Below are positions 29,884-39,946 of a DNA stretch of 64,000 bases, piece by piece. The position numbers were made by a program, and so were the translations under genes. Under the pieces are notes generated by a model. It was not told where the DNA came from. It ran no database searches and worked only from the letters and a program-made list of their open reading frames with translations. Source of the stretch: Pseudomonadota bacterium (lineage in GTDB: Bacteria; UBA10199; 2-02-FULL-44-16; DYJF01); the NCBI GenBank assembly GCA_043823065.1, contig JBDRBB010000010.1, positions 1 through 64,000 on the forward strand. The letters run 5' to 3'. Within the stretch, counting starts at the first letter, position 1; every line of letters starts with the position of its first letter.

Positions 29884-30832
29884 TGATCAATTCCCAAAAT
29901 CGGCGCGGATTTAAATGCGAAGCTTCTGCTTCACCTCGACAAGTATACCAACACTTGCTACAAGCTGTTGGTGTTAATATATCCCGGCTATATTCATCAT
30001 AATTACAAATACGTGGCAGTTCAGAACAAGGTTGAATATATCCATCTGGAGTAACATGTACCCATCTATATCCTGCTTTGCATCCATGGACATGTCCTTT
30101 GGTAAAATACTCTGGCACCTGATCTAAATAATAATCTGAATTACGAATATTTTTCAGAGTTCTTTTGAGGAGCTTTAAATCTTTTATTACCTGCCTTAAC
30201 TTATTTAATTTTTGACTACGGACCATTTCTTTATCATCATCAATTTTCAGAGTACAAAAAGCAGAAAAAGAAACAGATGCTCCCCATTCTTTAGCTTTTT
30301 TGGCAATGTCTAATATCTCATCTAAATTTGATTCCATAATAATTGTATTCAAAGATAAACGATAACCTTGACCAGCCAACTTAGGCACTATGGTAGAAAT
30401 ATGCTTATATAATCCTTTAACTTGTCTAACCTGGTCATGCTTTTCACTTAAATAATCTAATGACACTGAAATATGGTCCACCCCAGCTTCCACTAATTTT
30501 CTGGCTGATTCTTCATTTAATAAAGCGCCATTAGTAATTAAAGAAATATAATGAACATAAGGTCTTACTCCTTTAATTAACTGGGCATAATCCTTACGCA
30601 TTAGGGGTTCGCCACCACTAATAGAAAGGGCCACTGGACGGAATTTTTTTATAATTGGACTAAAATCTTTTAGTTCCTCTTTTTCCTCAAGCTGCCAATA
30701 TTGGCAAAAGCTGCACTTGGCATTGCATTTTTTGGTAAATTCCAGATTCACCAGAGGTGGTATCTTCCTGATTTTACAGCGTATCCAGTAAAAAAAGCCT
30801 CTGGTCCAATGGGGAGGTAGGTGTTTTATCAT
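29876..30832 (-). CDS. Radical SAM protein with SPASM/twitch-like C-terminus
   Basis: CNAKCSFC, SGGEPL, TNG, CKAG...PC...CSKCW. Confidence 0.88.
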   Translation of the reverse strand: MIKHLPPHWTRGFFYWIRCKIRKIPPLVNLEFTKKCNAKCSFCQYWQLEEKEELKDFSPIIKKFRPVALSISGGEPLMRKDYAQLIKGVRPYVHYISLITNGALLNEESARKLVEAGVDHISVSLDYLSEKHDQVRQVKGLYKHISTIVPKLAGQGYRLSLNTIIMESNLDEILDIAKKAKEWGASVSFSAFCTLKIDDDKEMVRSQKLNKLRQVIKDLKLLKRTLKNIRNSDYYLDQVPEYFTKGHVHGCKAGYRWVHVTPDGYIQPCSELPRICNYDEYSRDILTPTACSKCWYTCRGEAEASHLNPRRFWELINA

Positions 30833-30968
30833 TTTTAGATGCCTAACATAAAAACTCTAAGCCAGTCAACAAGGTGAATTTATTGATCTTTTTAGCTGTA
30901 ACCCCTTGAATTTCCTTTACAAATATAAAACCTTTCGCTAGTAAATGTGGGTTTAAAAAGAGGTATTT

Positions 30969-32309
30969 GTGTCAAACTATAATGCTTTATTATATGTTCC
31001 TTCAGATACGCCAGAAGCCATGGTTATGTCTACTATTAAAGTAGCAGGCGTACCTTTAATTGTTCGCGGCATTATGAATCTCTATAATGCTGGTTTCAGA
31101 AATGTCACTTTATTAATTGCCAGCACTCAACAACGTAAAATTAGTCGAGCTTTGGAACGTTATCGAAAAGAACGTTTACCTCAAGTTAATTATATCTATT
31201 ATGATGAATCTTATAGCGTAAATCCAGATATTGTCCAAAAATTAACTGACGCCTTAGGTGATCAACCTATTTTAATTAATGCCAATCTTTTATTTGATAA
31301 AGAGACCATAACTCCCATTAAAGAAAAATCAATTAATAATAATGAAATCATCAGATGCCAAGAAGGCGCCCATCATGTGCCAATTGTAAAAGTTAGCATC
31401 CAGAATTTCAGCAAACTCAAAGAATTTACTGCTGCTAGACCAAGGTCTATTGCTAGTTGTCTGAATTTTCTCAAAGAACACAGTGTCTTAACTACAGTAA
31501 TACAAAAACCAGAACATGCTAATACTTTTTTGGTGCGCAGGCCGCGCGAAAGATTGGTTGCAGAAAAATTTTTAGCTGAAGCTATTAGGTTAGCCACAAA
31601 CGGCCCGGTTGCCAAATATCTTAACAAACGCATTTCTTTACCCATCAGCTTGGTAATGTCTAGGCTTTGGATCAGTCCGCACGCCATCACTGCTGTTAAT
31701 ATTGTAATTGGCCTGCTCTCTGGCGTGTTTATGGCTGGCAAAGATTATTATTCTCTACTTATCGGCGCAATATTATTTCAAACTGCCTCTGTTGCTGATG
31801 GCGTAGATGGAGAAGTTTCTAAACTAACTTTTCGTTGTTCTAAATTTGGCCAATTCATAGATACCATCAGCGACAATCTAGCTTTGGCTAGCTGTTTGAT
31901 TGGTTTAACCATTGGCACTAGCCGGATCTACAGTCCTTTAACTACCTATGTTCTGGGGATTCTAGCTATTTTCAATGCTGCCTTTTGTATTTTTCTGATG
32001 GCAGGTTACCTAAAAAAGAACACCAATTCAGCCAGCCTGGCTACTTTTAACAAAAACTTTCTTAACCATCTATCTTCAACCACAAACCCTTCTCTGGTCT
32101 GGTTTATCAATCACTTTAAATATTTTATCATGAAAGACGGGTTTGCTTTTTTAATTTTTGTTTTTGGATTAAGCGGATTTTTACCAGCTTTTTTATTTTT
32201 AATAACCTTTGGTACTTGTCTAGCTGCTGGTATTTTATTTTATTTATTGGTGCTACAGCCCAAATCTAATGTTCAAGCTAAAGCAAATTTGGTTTCAGAT
32301 AAACCATGA
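30969..32309 (+). CDS. CDP-alcohol phosphotransferase fused to degenerate NTP-transferase-like N-domain
   Basis: DGVDGEVSK...GQFIDTISD CDP-AP motif; KVAGVPLI N-domain. Confidence 0.82.
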   Translation: MSNYNALLYVPSDTPEAMVMSTIKVAGVPLIVRGIMNLYNAGFRNVTLLIASTQQRKISRALERYRKERLPQVNYIYYDESYSVNPDIVQKLTDALGDQPILINANLLFDKETITPIKEKSINNNEIIRCQEGAHHVPIVKVSIQNFSKLKEFTAARPRSIASCLNFLKEHSVLTTVIQKPEHANTFLVRRPRERLVAEKFLAEAIRLATNGPVAKYLNKRISLPISLVMSRLWISPHAITAVNIVIGLLSGVFMAGKDYYSLLIGAILFQTASVADGVDGEVSKLTFRCSKFGQFIDTISDNLALASCLIGLTIGTSRIYSPLTTYVLGILAIFNAAFCIFLMAGYLKKNTNSASLATFNKNFLNHLSSTTNPSLVWFINHFKYFIMKDGFAFLIFVFGLSGFLPAFLFLITFGTCLAAGILFYLLVLQPKSNVQAKANLVSDKP

Positions 32310-32947
32310 AAAAACTAAATAACAAAAAAGTCGTGGTCTTTGACTTTGACGGCACAATTGTTGATTCCATGGAATCTTTTGCTCAAATTGCTGCTCAGGT
32401 CATGCCTAAACACTATGAAATAGATGCCAAGACTGCTTATGAAAAATATATCTTAACTTCTGGATTGCCTTTTTTTGAACAACTAGAAACTCTTTTTCCT
32501 GGCAACTCAGCTAACCCGCAAGCATCCCTAGAATTTGAAACTATCAAAAAACAATCATATACTCAAAAAAGAGTATTTGCTGATGCTGATGAAACCTTAA
32601 AAACCTTACAAGCTAAGAATATTAAAGTTGTTGTGTCTTCTAACAATTTCCAGGAATTGGTTGATGATTTTGTAAAACAAGCTGAAATCTCATTTGATCT
32701 GGTCTTGGGTTATCGAGTTAATTTTGCCAAAGGAGCAGATCACTTTAAATATATCTTGCAAGAAGTTGGATGTACACACGAAGAAATAACTTTTGTTGGT
32801 GATTCGCTTAAAGACGCAGACAAAGCATCTATGTTTGGTATTGATTTCATCGGAAAAACAGGAACGTTTAGCACTGATGACTTTAAAAAACATAAACCAG
32901 GAGTAAAAGTCATAACCACTTTAGCTGAGCTCAAGGAGATGTTTTAA
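32306..32947 (+). CDS. HAD-family phosphatase
   Basis: FDFDGTIVDS, SSN, VGDSLKD. Confidence 0.9.
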   Translation: MKKLNNKKVVVFDFDGTIVDSMESFAQIAAQVMPKHYEIDAKTAYEKYILTSGLPFFEQLETLFPGNSANPQASLEFETIKKQSYTQKRVFADADETLKTLQAKNIKVVVSSNNFQELVDDFVKQAEISFDLVLGYRVNFAKGADHFKYILQEVGCTHEEITFVGDSLKDADKASMFGIDFIGKTGTFSTDDFKKHKPGVKVITTLAELKEMF

Positions 32948-33666
32948 TGAAAGCCTTAATTCTAGCAGCCGGCCTAGGTAGCCGATTAGGAGATCTAACT
33001 AATAATAAACCAAAAGCTTTAACCAAAGTTGCTGGTAAAGAATTAATCTCATATGTTTTGGATTTTTTAGATCATGAGCAGATCACCCAAAAAGCCGTAG
33101 TAACTGGCTACCAAGCAGATAAGCTTAAAGCTTATATACAAACCCATTCTGCTGAAACTCAAATTTTATTTAATCCAAATTTTAAGCTAGGCAGCATTTA
33201 CACTCTCGAAACTGGCCTTAGCTTTTTAGATGATGATTTCCTGCTGATTAATGTAGATCATATTTATCCCAAGAGAATGTTAACCAGCATTTTAAATAAA
33301 GCGCATGGCATCACTGCTATTTGCGATTTTGATCGCACTTTGGTAGCTGATGACATGAAAATTAAATTAGCTAATAATTCCTTATTAAATATCAAAAAAA
33401 CTCTAACTGATTATGACGGTGGATATATTGGCATGACTTATTGCGCAGCTACTCATATTGGAATTTACAAAGAAGCAATTCAAGAAACCAAAAAAATTCA
33501 CGGCGACCTGGCACCTGTCGAGTGGGTATTGCAAACTTTAGCTAATAAACAACATAAAATTAGCATCTGTGATGTTTCTGGCTTTGGCTGGCTTGAAGTT
33601 GACAATAATGACGACCTTCAACAAGCAGAAAACACACTTAAAACCAATAAGGATTTTTTAAAATGA
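32947..33666 (+). CDS. Nucleotidyl (cytidylyl) transferase, LicC/IPCT-like
   Basis: LILAAGLGSRL..KPK, WLEVDNNDDL. Confidence 0.85.
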   Translation: MKALILAAGLGSRLGDLTNNKPKALTKVAGKELISYVLDFLDHEQITQKAVVTGYQADKLKAYIQTHSAETQILFNPNFKLGSIYTLETGLSFLDDDFLLINVDHIYPKRMLTSILNKAHGITAICDFDRTLVADDMKIKLANNSLLNIKKTLTDYDGGYIGMTYCAATHIGIYKEAIQETKKIHGDLAPVEWVLQTLANKQHKISICDVSGFGWLEVDNNDDLQQAENTLKTNKDFLK

Positions 33667-34673
33667 AAAAAGTAATCAATACAGCACGCCCTTTTTTTCT
33701 AATATTTGGGGTAGTAATCTTATTTTTTTTAATCCGCCGCATTGGCATTGATTCCATTCTAAACAATATTGCTGCCCTAAGCTGGAGATTTATTCCTATC
33801 TTGTCCATTGGTTTTGTTTGGTACATTCTCTATACCCTAGCCTGGGAACAATTTTTAAAACGCTTTACCAATAATATGGGTTTTTGGGAACTGTTTCGCA
33901 TTAAAATAGCTGGCGAATCTGTAAACACTTTAACTCCTGCCAATTTTCTGGGCGGAGATCCCCTGCGTATTCATCTGCTTAAAAAACATTTTCCAACCAT
34001 TGAAGGAGCTGCCTCGGTAGTTGTGGACCGCACCTTGCACAGCATTGCCATACTCTTGGTTATTATCTTTGGCATCATTGTTTCATTTGTTTCTTTTGAA
34101 GGCTTGCCGGTAAATATCAAATATGGGGTGCCAATAGTGGTTCTAATTGCTTCTGCATTTGTAACCTTTATTTTTATTCATCAACAAAAAGGTTTGTTTG
34201 CCTTATTTATGTCTATTTGCAAAAGATTGCGCATAAAGAAAACTTTTTCTGAAAGAATCATCAATCGTTTTGAAGAGCTTGATCATCATATTATTAATTT
34301 TTATCGCAAAAGTCACAAAGCTTTCTGGATTGCTTTAGGTTGTCATACAGTTGGCAGATTTTTAGGAGTAATTGAAATTTATGCCATTGGCAGATGTGTA
34401 TCAGATGAATTCACTTTATTTGCTGCTTTGGTATTATGTGCTTTAGCTCCTATGATTAATGCAGTATTTGCTTTTGTGCCTGGAGCTTTGGGAATTTTAG
34501 AAGGCGCCTATAGCGGCACATTATACTTATTACATCTTGACCCAGCTATTGGCATCACCATTCAAATCACCAAAAGGTTGCGCGCTGGCCTTTGGATTTT
34601 GTTGGGCTTAATCTTCTTGGGCACTCATGGTCGCAAAAAAGCTTGGAATGAAAAATTGATCGAAGAAGTTTAA
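33663..34673 (+). CDS. Flippase-like (lysylphosphatidylglycerol synthase TM / YbhN) membrane protein
   Basis: NTLTPANFLGGDPLR, VPGALGILEG. Confidence 0.8.
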   Translation: MKKVINTARPFFLIFGVVILFFLIRRIGIDSILNNIAALSWRFIPILSIGFVWYILYTLAWEQFLKRFTNNMGFWELFRIKIAGESVNTLTPANFLGGDPLRIHLLKKHFPTIEGAASVVVDRTLHSIAILLVIIFGIIVSFVSFEGLPVNIKYGVPIVVLIASAFVTFIFIHQQKGLFALFMSICKRLRIKKTFSERIINRFEELDHHIINFYRKSHKAFWIALGCHTVGRFLGVIEIYAIGRCVSDEFTLFAALVLCALAPMINAVFAFVPGALGILEGAYSGTLYLLHLDPAIGITIQITKRLRAGLWILLGLIFLGTHGRKKAWNEKLIEEV

Positions 34674-35036
34674 TTATTTTTGTTCAAATTCGTTAAAAAC
34701 TTCTTGATAATGTGGATCATTTTCAACCACATCAACAATTTTATCTGTAATTTCATCGACAATATCATCATCAGCCATACCCAAAGAACGGGCTATGACA
34801 TTCCAGACTCTTTTTTTAGCTGAATTACGAAATTTTCTTTTTTTGAAAAGCGGCCAACCAAACTTGACAATACCTTGCAATTCTTCTGATTGATTGGCTG
34901 CCTGACTACGCAAGACTTCCTGGCTAACATCTATTAGCTTGTTTTCCTTGGGTTTTTTTGATTCTTCAATAGCCCCTTGCTCAATTATTTTGCTTGAATT
35001 TCCATTAATCAGAGATTGAATATATCTGACTATCAT
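34674..35036 (-). CDS. Hypothetical protein
   Basis: SD GGAGG; preceded by sigma28-like motif. Confidence 0.65.
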   Translation of the reverse strand: MIVRYIQSLINGNSSKIIEQGAIEESKKPKENKLIDVSQEVLRSQAANQSEELQGIVKFGWPLFKKRKFRNSAKKRVWNVIARSLGMADDDIVDEITDKIVDVVENDPHYQEVFNEFEQK

Positions 35037-35077
35037 ACGATCCTCCGGTATATATCCTGTTATTTAGGCCTACCTCC

Positions 35078-35104
35078 TTATCGTCCTTTTGTAAAAAAAG
35101 TTGC
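35078..35104 (-). promoter_or_regulatory. Sigma28-like promoter GCAACTT-N14-CGATAA
   Basis: Reverse strand gcaactttttttacaaaaggacgataa. Confidence 0.45.
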
Positions 35105-35308
35105 TAAAAAAATTCCTGGATTAGAAATTTTTTAGCAATCCTTAAGGAGCGTGAGCTCCGAAGGATTCCATGGGATCCTTCCCCTCTGCCTAAAGCAAAG
35201 ACTCGGGATAACAAATGATCATAAAAAAGTGGTTGCGTATCTTTCAACTTTCAGCTTATAAACAGGCTTCTAAGATTTGTCTTAGAAGCATCTAAAAAGG
35301 AGATTATA

Positions 35309-36625
35309 ATGAAGAAAGCTAATATTGAAATTGCCCCAAGTGAAGGCCGTCTTGGTGTTTTACTAGTTGGTTTAGGTGCAATTAGTACCACTTTTGTGGC
35401 CGGCATTGAAGCAATCAAAACAAACAAGGTTAAACCAATTGGCTCCTTAACCCAAATGGGAACTATCCGTTTAGGTAAACGTACTGAGCACAGAACTCCA
35501 TTAATCAGAGACTTTGTCCCATTAGCAAAAATGCAAGAAATTGTAGTTGGTGCTTGGGACATTTTTGAAGATGATGGTTACGTGGCAGCTCAAAAAGCTG
35601 GCGTGCTCAGACGTCATGACTTGGAAGATTTAAAAGAACCGCTGGCAGCACTTAAACCTATGACTGCTGTTTTTGACAAACATTGGGTAAAAAAATTAGA
35701 CGGTAAACATGTAAAACAAGGTAAAACCAAAAGAGAATTAGCTGATCAATTAATTGCAGATATCCAAAAATTTCAAGATACCAATCGAGTTTCCAGGTTA
35801 GTAATGGTTTGGTGTGCCAGCACCGAAGCTTACTCTATTGCTGCCAATTGCCATCAATCTTTGGCAGAATTTGAAAAAGGTTTGGAAAATAATGACGCCA
35901 ATATTGCTCCTAGCCAGATTTATGCTTATGCAGCTTTGAAATTAGGCATTCCTTATGCAAATGGAGCTCCTAACTTAACTGTTGATCTCCCCTGTTTTCA
36001 AGAACTAGCTCAAAACACCAAAACGCCAATTTGCGGCAAAGATTTTAAAACAGGTCAAACCTTAATGAAAACTATTTTAGCTCCTGGCCTTCGTTCCAGA
36101 TTATTAGGTTTATCTGGTTGGTTTTCCACCAATATTTTAGGTAACCGCGATGGTGAAGTTTTAGATGATCCTGCTTCTTTTAAGTCTAAAGAAGAAAGCA
36201 AGCTTTCTGTATTAGATACTATTTTACAGCCAGAACTTAATCCAGATCTCTATGGCAATTTTTATCATAAAGTTCGCATCAATTATTATCCACCACGCGG
36301 TGATAATAAAGAGGGTTGGGATAATATTGATATTTTTGGTTGGATGGGTTATCCCATGCAAATAAAAATAGATTTTCTCTGCCGCGATTCGATCTTGGCT
36401 GCACCCCTAGTTTTAGATTTAGCTTTATTTATGGATTTTGCCAAACGTGCTGGTCTAAAAGGTATCCAAGAATGGTTATCTTATTATTTCAAATCACCTA
36501 TGGTTGCACCGGGTTTATATCCTGAACACAATCTATTCATTCAGGAAATGAAGTTAAAAAACACCTTGCGGTATTTAATGGGTGAAGAACAGATTACACA
36601 CTTGGGAATGGAATACTACGAATAA
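35309..36625 (+). CDS. ino1: myo-inositol-1(3)-phosphate synthase
   Basis: GKDFKTGQT, WFSTNILGNRDG, YYPPRGDNKEGWD, CRDSILAAP. Confidence 0.93.
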   Translation: MKKANIEIAPSEGRLGVLLVGLGAISTTFVAGIEAIKTNKVKPIGSLTQMGTIRLGKRTEHRTPLIRDFVPLAKMQEIVVGAWDIFEDDGYVAAQKAGVLRRHDLEDLKEPLAALKPMTAVFDKHWVKKLDGKHVKQGKTKRELADQLIADIQKFQDTNRVSRLVMVWCASTEAYSIAANCHQSLAEFEKGLENNDANIAPSQIYAYAALKLGIPYANGAPNLTVDLPCFQELAQNTKTPICGKDFKTGQTLMKTILAPGLRSRLLGLSGWFSTNILGNRDGEVLDDPASFKSKEESKLSVLDTILQPELNPDLYGNFYHKVRINYYPPRGDNKEGWDNIDIFGWMGYPMQIKIDFLCRDSILAAPLVLDLALFMDFAKRAGLKGIQEWLSYYFKSPMVAPGLYPEHNLFIQEMKLKNTLRYLMGEEQITHLGMEYYE

Positions 36626-36636
36626 GAAACAAGAAG

Positions 36637-38286
36637 CTACATTCTTTTGGGAATTTTAACTCCCTTAAGTTTCTTAACCAGTTTCATATAAGTTTCGTAT
36701 GGTTCTCCGGATTCGAGCCAAGGATCAAAAAACATGGCTTTAATTGCTGCTTTGGTAACCACATGATCTACCATGGCATAATAGAGTCTGTCTCCCAGCA
36801 TATAACCTAAAGCATGTGTAGTAGCTAAAAACAATTCCATTGGTTGGCGATAAATATTGGTGAAAAGTAGGGGAATGCCGCTTTTTTCATATTTTTTAAA
36901 TTCCAGAATTAATTCAGCTGTTTGTTTTTCCAAACTTCGCTCACCTGGAACATCTATTGTTCTTAAATATTCTAACAACTTTTTAAATTCAGCTTCGTGA
37001 AAACACTTGCGTTTATGATTAATTAATTTTGATCCAAAAAAACCTAATGTCTCATGTAAAATGTTGGCATAAAACGCATCCACATATTCTCTGGGTTCTT
37101 CAAGCCCAGAACACAAACTTTTTAAGTAATGCGCTGCTTCTTCAGCAGCATGATTTAAGGAAAGATTGGCCAAATAAACATACTTTGTCTTGGCAATATA
37201 ATAGCTTTCGCTAGATAATATTTGTTGTTTAATAAGATTTAATTCTTGTTTGTTAAATTTTTTACTTTCCCTTAATTTTTTTAGAAAAGATATATCTCCA
37301 CAGGTAAATACTTCTATCTCATCTATTTCTGGCCCCAACTTTATCTTTAAAAATTTAGCAATCCTCTCTACTAAATCCAAAAAATTGCTCTTGGCATCAT
37401 AATAATCAATCTCACCTTCCTCATGTTCTAACCAATTTAGATATGATTGTTGGCAAACAATTGGCGGCGTATGCATGCGGCAATAATTTCCTCCTGCCAA
37501 ACGCACCACTTCTGTCTTATCATCTAAACCATTTTCTGCTAATTTCCAATAAATTGGTTCACTGTTTTCATATAAAATTAATTCCTTTTTTTTGAGATTC
37601 ATTTGTTTAAGCAGCTTATTCACTTCTAGTGGTAAGTGTTGGGGTGCAATATGCAAATCGCCTATAAAAACAAATAATATGGTTTGTGAATTTTTCTTAA
37701 GTACATCCACCAAAACCTTAGCGCTAGCTTTATCTCGTTGTAAAAGTGAGGCCTTTTCACCAGCTGCATCTATACCTACAATTTTTAAACCATGATATTT
37801 GGCAAAATCAAATAAAGGTTTAAAATTACTCCAAAGATCAAAAATCCACTGTTCTTTGAGTTTGGTTTTAGCAATAAAAGTACTATCCGTAATTTTACCA
37901 TTTAGATAACTATCTATAGCTTCTTGAAAGTTATGATGAATTAATTCCAGACCAATGGTTATATTTTTTTTCTTGGTAACTACATTTTTAAGTATTCTTA
38001 AAAAAGAGCGCTGGGATTGATTGCAGGTATGATAATCACCAACATAAATAATATCTGATTTTAAAATGTCTTGGATCATCTCTTCATGACTAACTATTTG
38101 CTGATAATTACGCACATTTTTTCTGTATCGATCTTCATAAGCCTCAAAACCAGATTCTTTTACAATAATGGATGATTCAATTAGTCTTTCGTTGTGCTTA
38201 TAGAGTCTTTTTTGGAGATCCAGCAATTCTTGGCGTGGCGAATTTGGCATAGCTTTAGTTGTAACACATCTTTTAATTTGTCTCAA
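36637..38286 (-). CDS. ChaN-like domain protein with C-terminal extension
   Basis: IYVGDYHT, IGLE, RD, IGDLHI. Confidence 0.65.
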   Translation of the reverse strand: MRQIKRCVTTKAMPNSPRQELLDLQKRLYKHNERLIESSIIVKESGFEAYEDRYRKNVRNYQQIVSHEEMIQDILKSDIIYVGDYHTCNQSQRSFLRILKNVVTKKKNITIGLELIHHNFQEAIDSYLNGKITDSTFIAKTKLKEQWIFDLWSNFKPLFDFAKYHGLKIVGIDAAGEKASLLQRDKASAKVLVDVLKKNSQTILFVFIGDLHIAPQHLPLEVNKLLKQMNLKKKELILYENSEPIYWKLAENGLDDKTEVVRLAGGNYCRMHTPPIVCQQSYLNWLEHEEGEIDYYDAKSNFLDLVERIAKFLKIKLGPEIDEIEVFTCGDISFLKKLRESKKFNKQELNLIKQQILSSESYYIAKTKYVYLANLSLNHAAEEAAHYLKSLCSGLEEPREYVDAFYANILHETLGFFGSKLINHKRKCFHEAEFKKLLEYLRTIDVPGERSLEKQTAELILEFKKYEKSGIPLLFTNIYRQPMELFLATTHALGYMLGDRLYYAMVDHVVTKAAIKAMFFDPWLESGEPYETYMKLVKKLKGVKIPKRM

Positions 38287-39946
38287 AAGTAAAATATCGG
38301 TCCAAATCTAAAGATATGGCTAGGGCTAATAAATAATTATTTCTGCCAACATTTTGCACAAAATTTAGATTTTGAGCGCGTTCATAGCCAGTGGTAAAAT
38401 GTAAATTTAAATGTTTTTTGACTTGCCAATTTAAGTCTGCCAAAAAGCGGAAACGTTGTTCTGTTGGTCCAGAAGCTACTTTAATCACATCTCCAGCAGT
38501 ACCATTGGGATTTACAAGCTCGGTATAAGTATCTGACCGTCGATAATCCCAACCAAATTCCAGCCCATACCAAAGTTTATCAGATAAAGTATGTCTAAAT
38601 TTGGCATAAACTGCATCAGCATCAGGACCAGCATCTGTGCCTAAAAGCTTTCTATTTAGGGTAAATCCATCTGAATACAAACCATGATGATACTGCAACG
38701 GACTGGTCTTAACATATTCCACCCTTAAATCTGCTGAACCTGAATAATTTAAGGCTGGCAAATATACTCCCCATAGATAAGAACACCCATGTTTTAAGGT
38801 TTTTTTAATAGATTTCCATTTATCATCAATGGAAATATCACCGTAAAGTTGCAAGCCTCTTAAGGGTTGAATGCGAAATAAATATTCAACCTCAAAAATA
38901 TGGTTGGTTAAATTTGGAGAAGTGGAGTTTGTACCTGCTGGACGAAAACCAAAAAACTCACCAACCACATCTATGGCTGAAGGAGTGGCAGCACCTTCAC
39001 CACCAATCATAACCACATGGCCCAAACCAATTTCCACATATTTAACTGGCTCCCAACTTAATTTATAACCAGCCATCCAGGCATATTTTTGAGCAAACTC
39101 AGGACCAAAATTAGCAGCAAACATGGTGTAACGCCAATATCCTAGATATTTAAACACCCAAGGTAATTTATACGGAGTTGGATTGGTAATCCTAATACCA
39201 TCTAAAGGCCTGGGATTTGTGGAATATAGAAGACCACCACGCTCACCAATTCCCCACAGCATTGAATCACGACCAAATTCAAAAATAAAATTTCCAGCAC
39301 GAAAAACACCATAACCATTTTGCAAATAGATATGGCCCTGCATATTGTTTTGGCGCGGCATATCTGCTTCCAAACGCGGCCGGGCATATCCAGAAAAAAA
39401 TTTGGTAGTTTGAAAATAGGCAACAGGTTCATAAGCCATTTGAAAACCATCAATAGCTTGCCGGCCTAAATTATAATCACCCATTGGATTAATTTGAGCA
39501 TTAATCAAACCTCGGCCATTATTAGGCGGAATGGTTGTAGCTGGACTATTTAGATAGGTTGTATAAATATTCAGTTCTTCAAAAGGATGAAAACGAAATA
39601 CGTCTCCATCTTTAGTCAGATCTTCCTTAAACTCTTGTTCTAATCTATTTAACACCAAATTGATCTGCTTGAGTCGTCTATCACCTATATTTTTTTCCTC
39701 ACTTTCTAGCTTTTGCCTTGCTTCTGCAGTCATTCTGGCAAACTCAGATCTGGGATATGGCCTTTGACCTAAAATTGGCGGATGCACTAATCCCCAGGCC
39801 ACTAATTTATCTAAATCACGATATAAAGAACTGTCGGGAGGAACATTAACTGTACTTCTATCCCAAGCCCAAACACTAACAGGACAAGCAACTAAAAAGA
39901 TTAACAAAAAAATTAGTAGAATTTTTTTAAATTGTTTTGATCTCAT
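38273..39946 (-). CDS. wzi: Capsule assembly Wzi-family outer membrane protein
   Basis: Signal peptide; RPYPRSE, GRDSMLWG...GGLLYSTNPRPL. Confidence 0.75.
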   Translation of the reverse strand: MRSKQFKKILLIFLLIFLVACPVSVWAWDRSTVNVPPDSSLYRDLDKLVAWGLVHPPILGQRPYPRSEFARMTAEARQKLESEEKNIGDRRLKQINLVLNRLEQEFKEDLTKDGDVFRFHPFEELNIYTTYLNSPATTIPPNNGRGLINAQINPMGDYNLGRQAIDGFQMAYEPVAYFQTTKFFSGYARPRLEADMPRQNNMQGHIYLQNGYGVFRAGNFIFEFGRDSMLWGIGERGGLLYSTNPRPLDGIRITNPTPYKLPWVFKYLGYWRYTMFAANFGPEFAQKYAWMAGYKLSWEPVKYVEIGLGHVVMIGGEGAATPSAIDVVGEFFGFRPAGTNSTSPNLTNHIFEVEYLFRIQPLRGLQLYGDISIDDKWKSIKKTLKHGCSYLWGVYLPALNYSGSADLRVEYVKTSPLQYHHGLYSDGFTLNRKLLGTDAGPDADAVYAKFRHTLSDKLWYGLEFGWDYRRSDTYTELVNPNGTAGDVIKVASGPTEQRFRFLADLNWQVKKHLNLHFTTGYERAQNLNFVQNVGRNNYLLALAISLDLDRYFTFETN

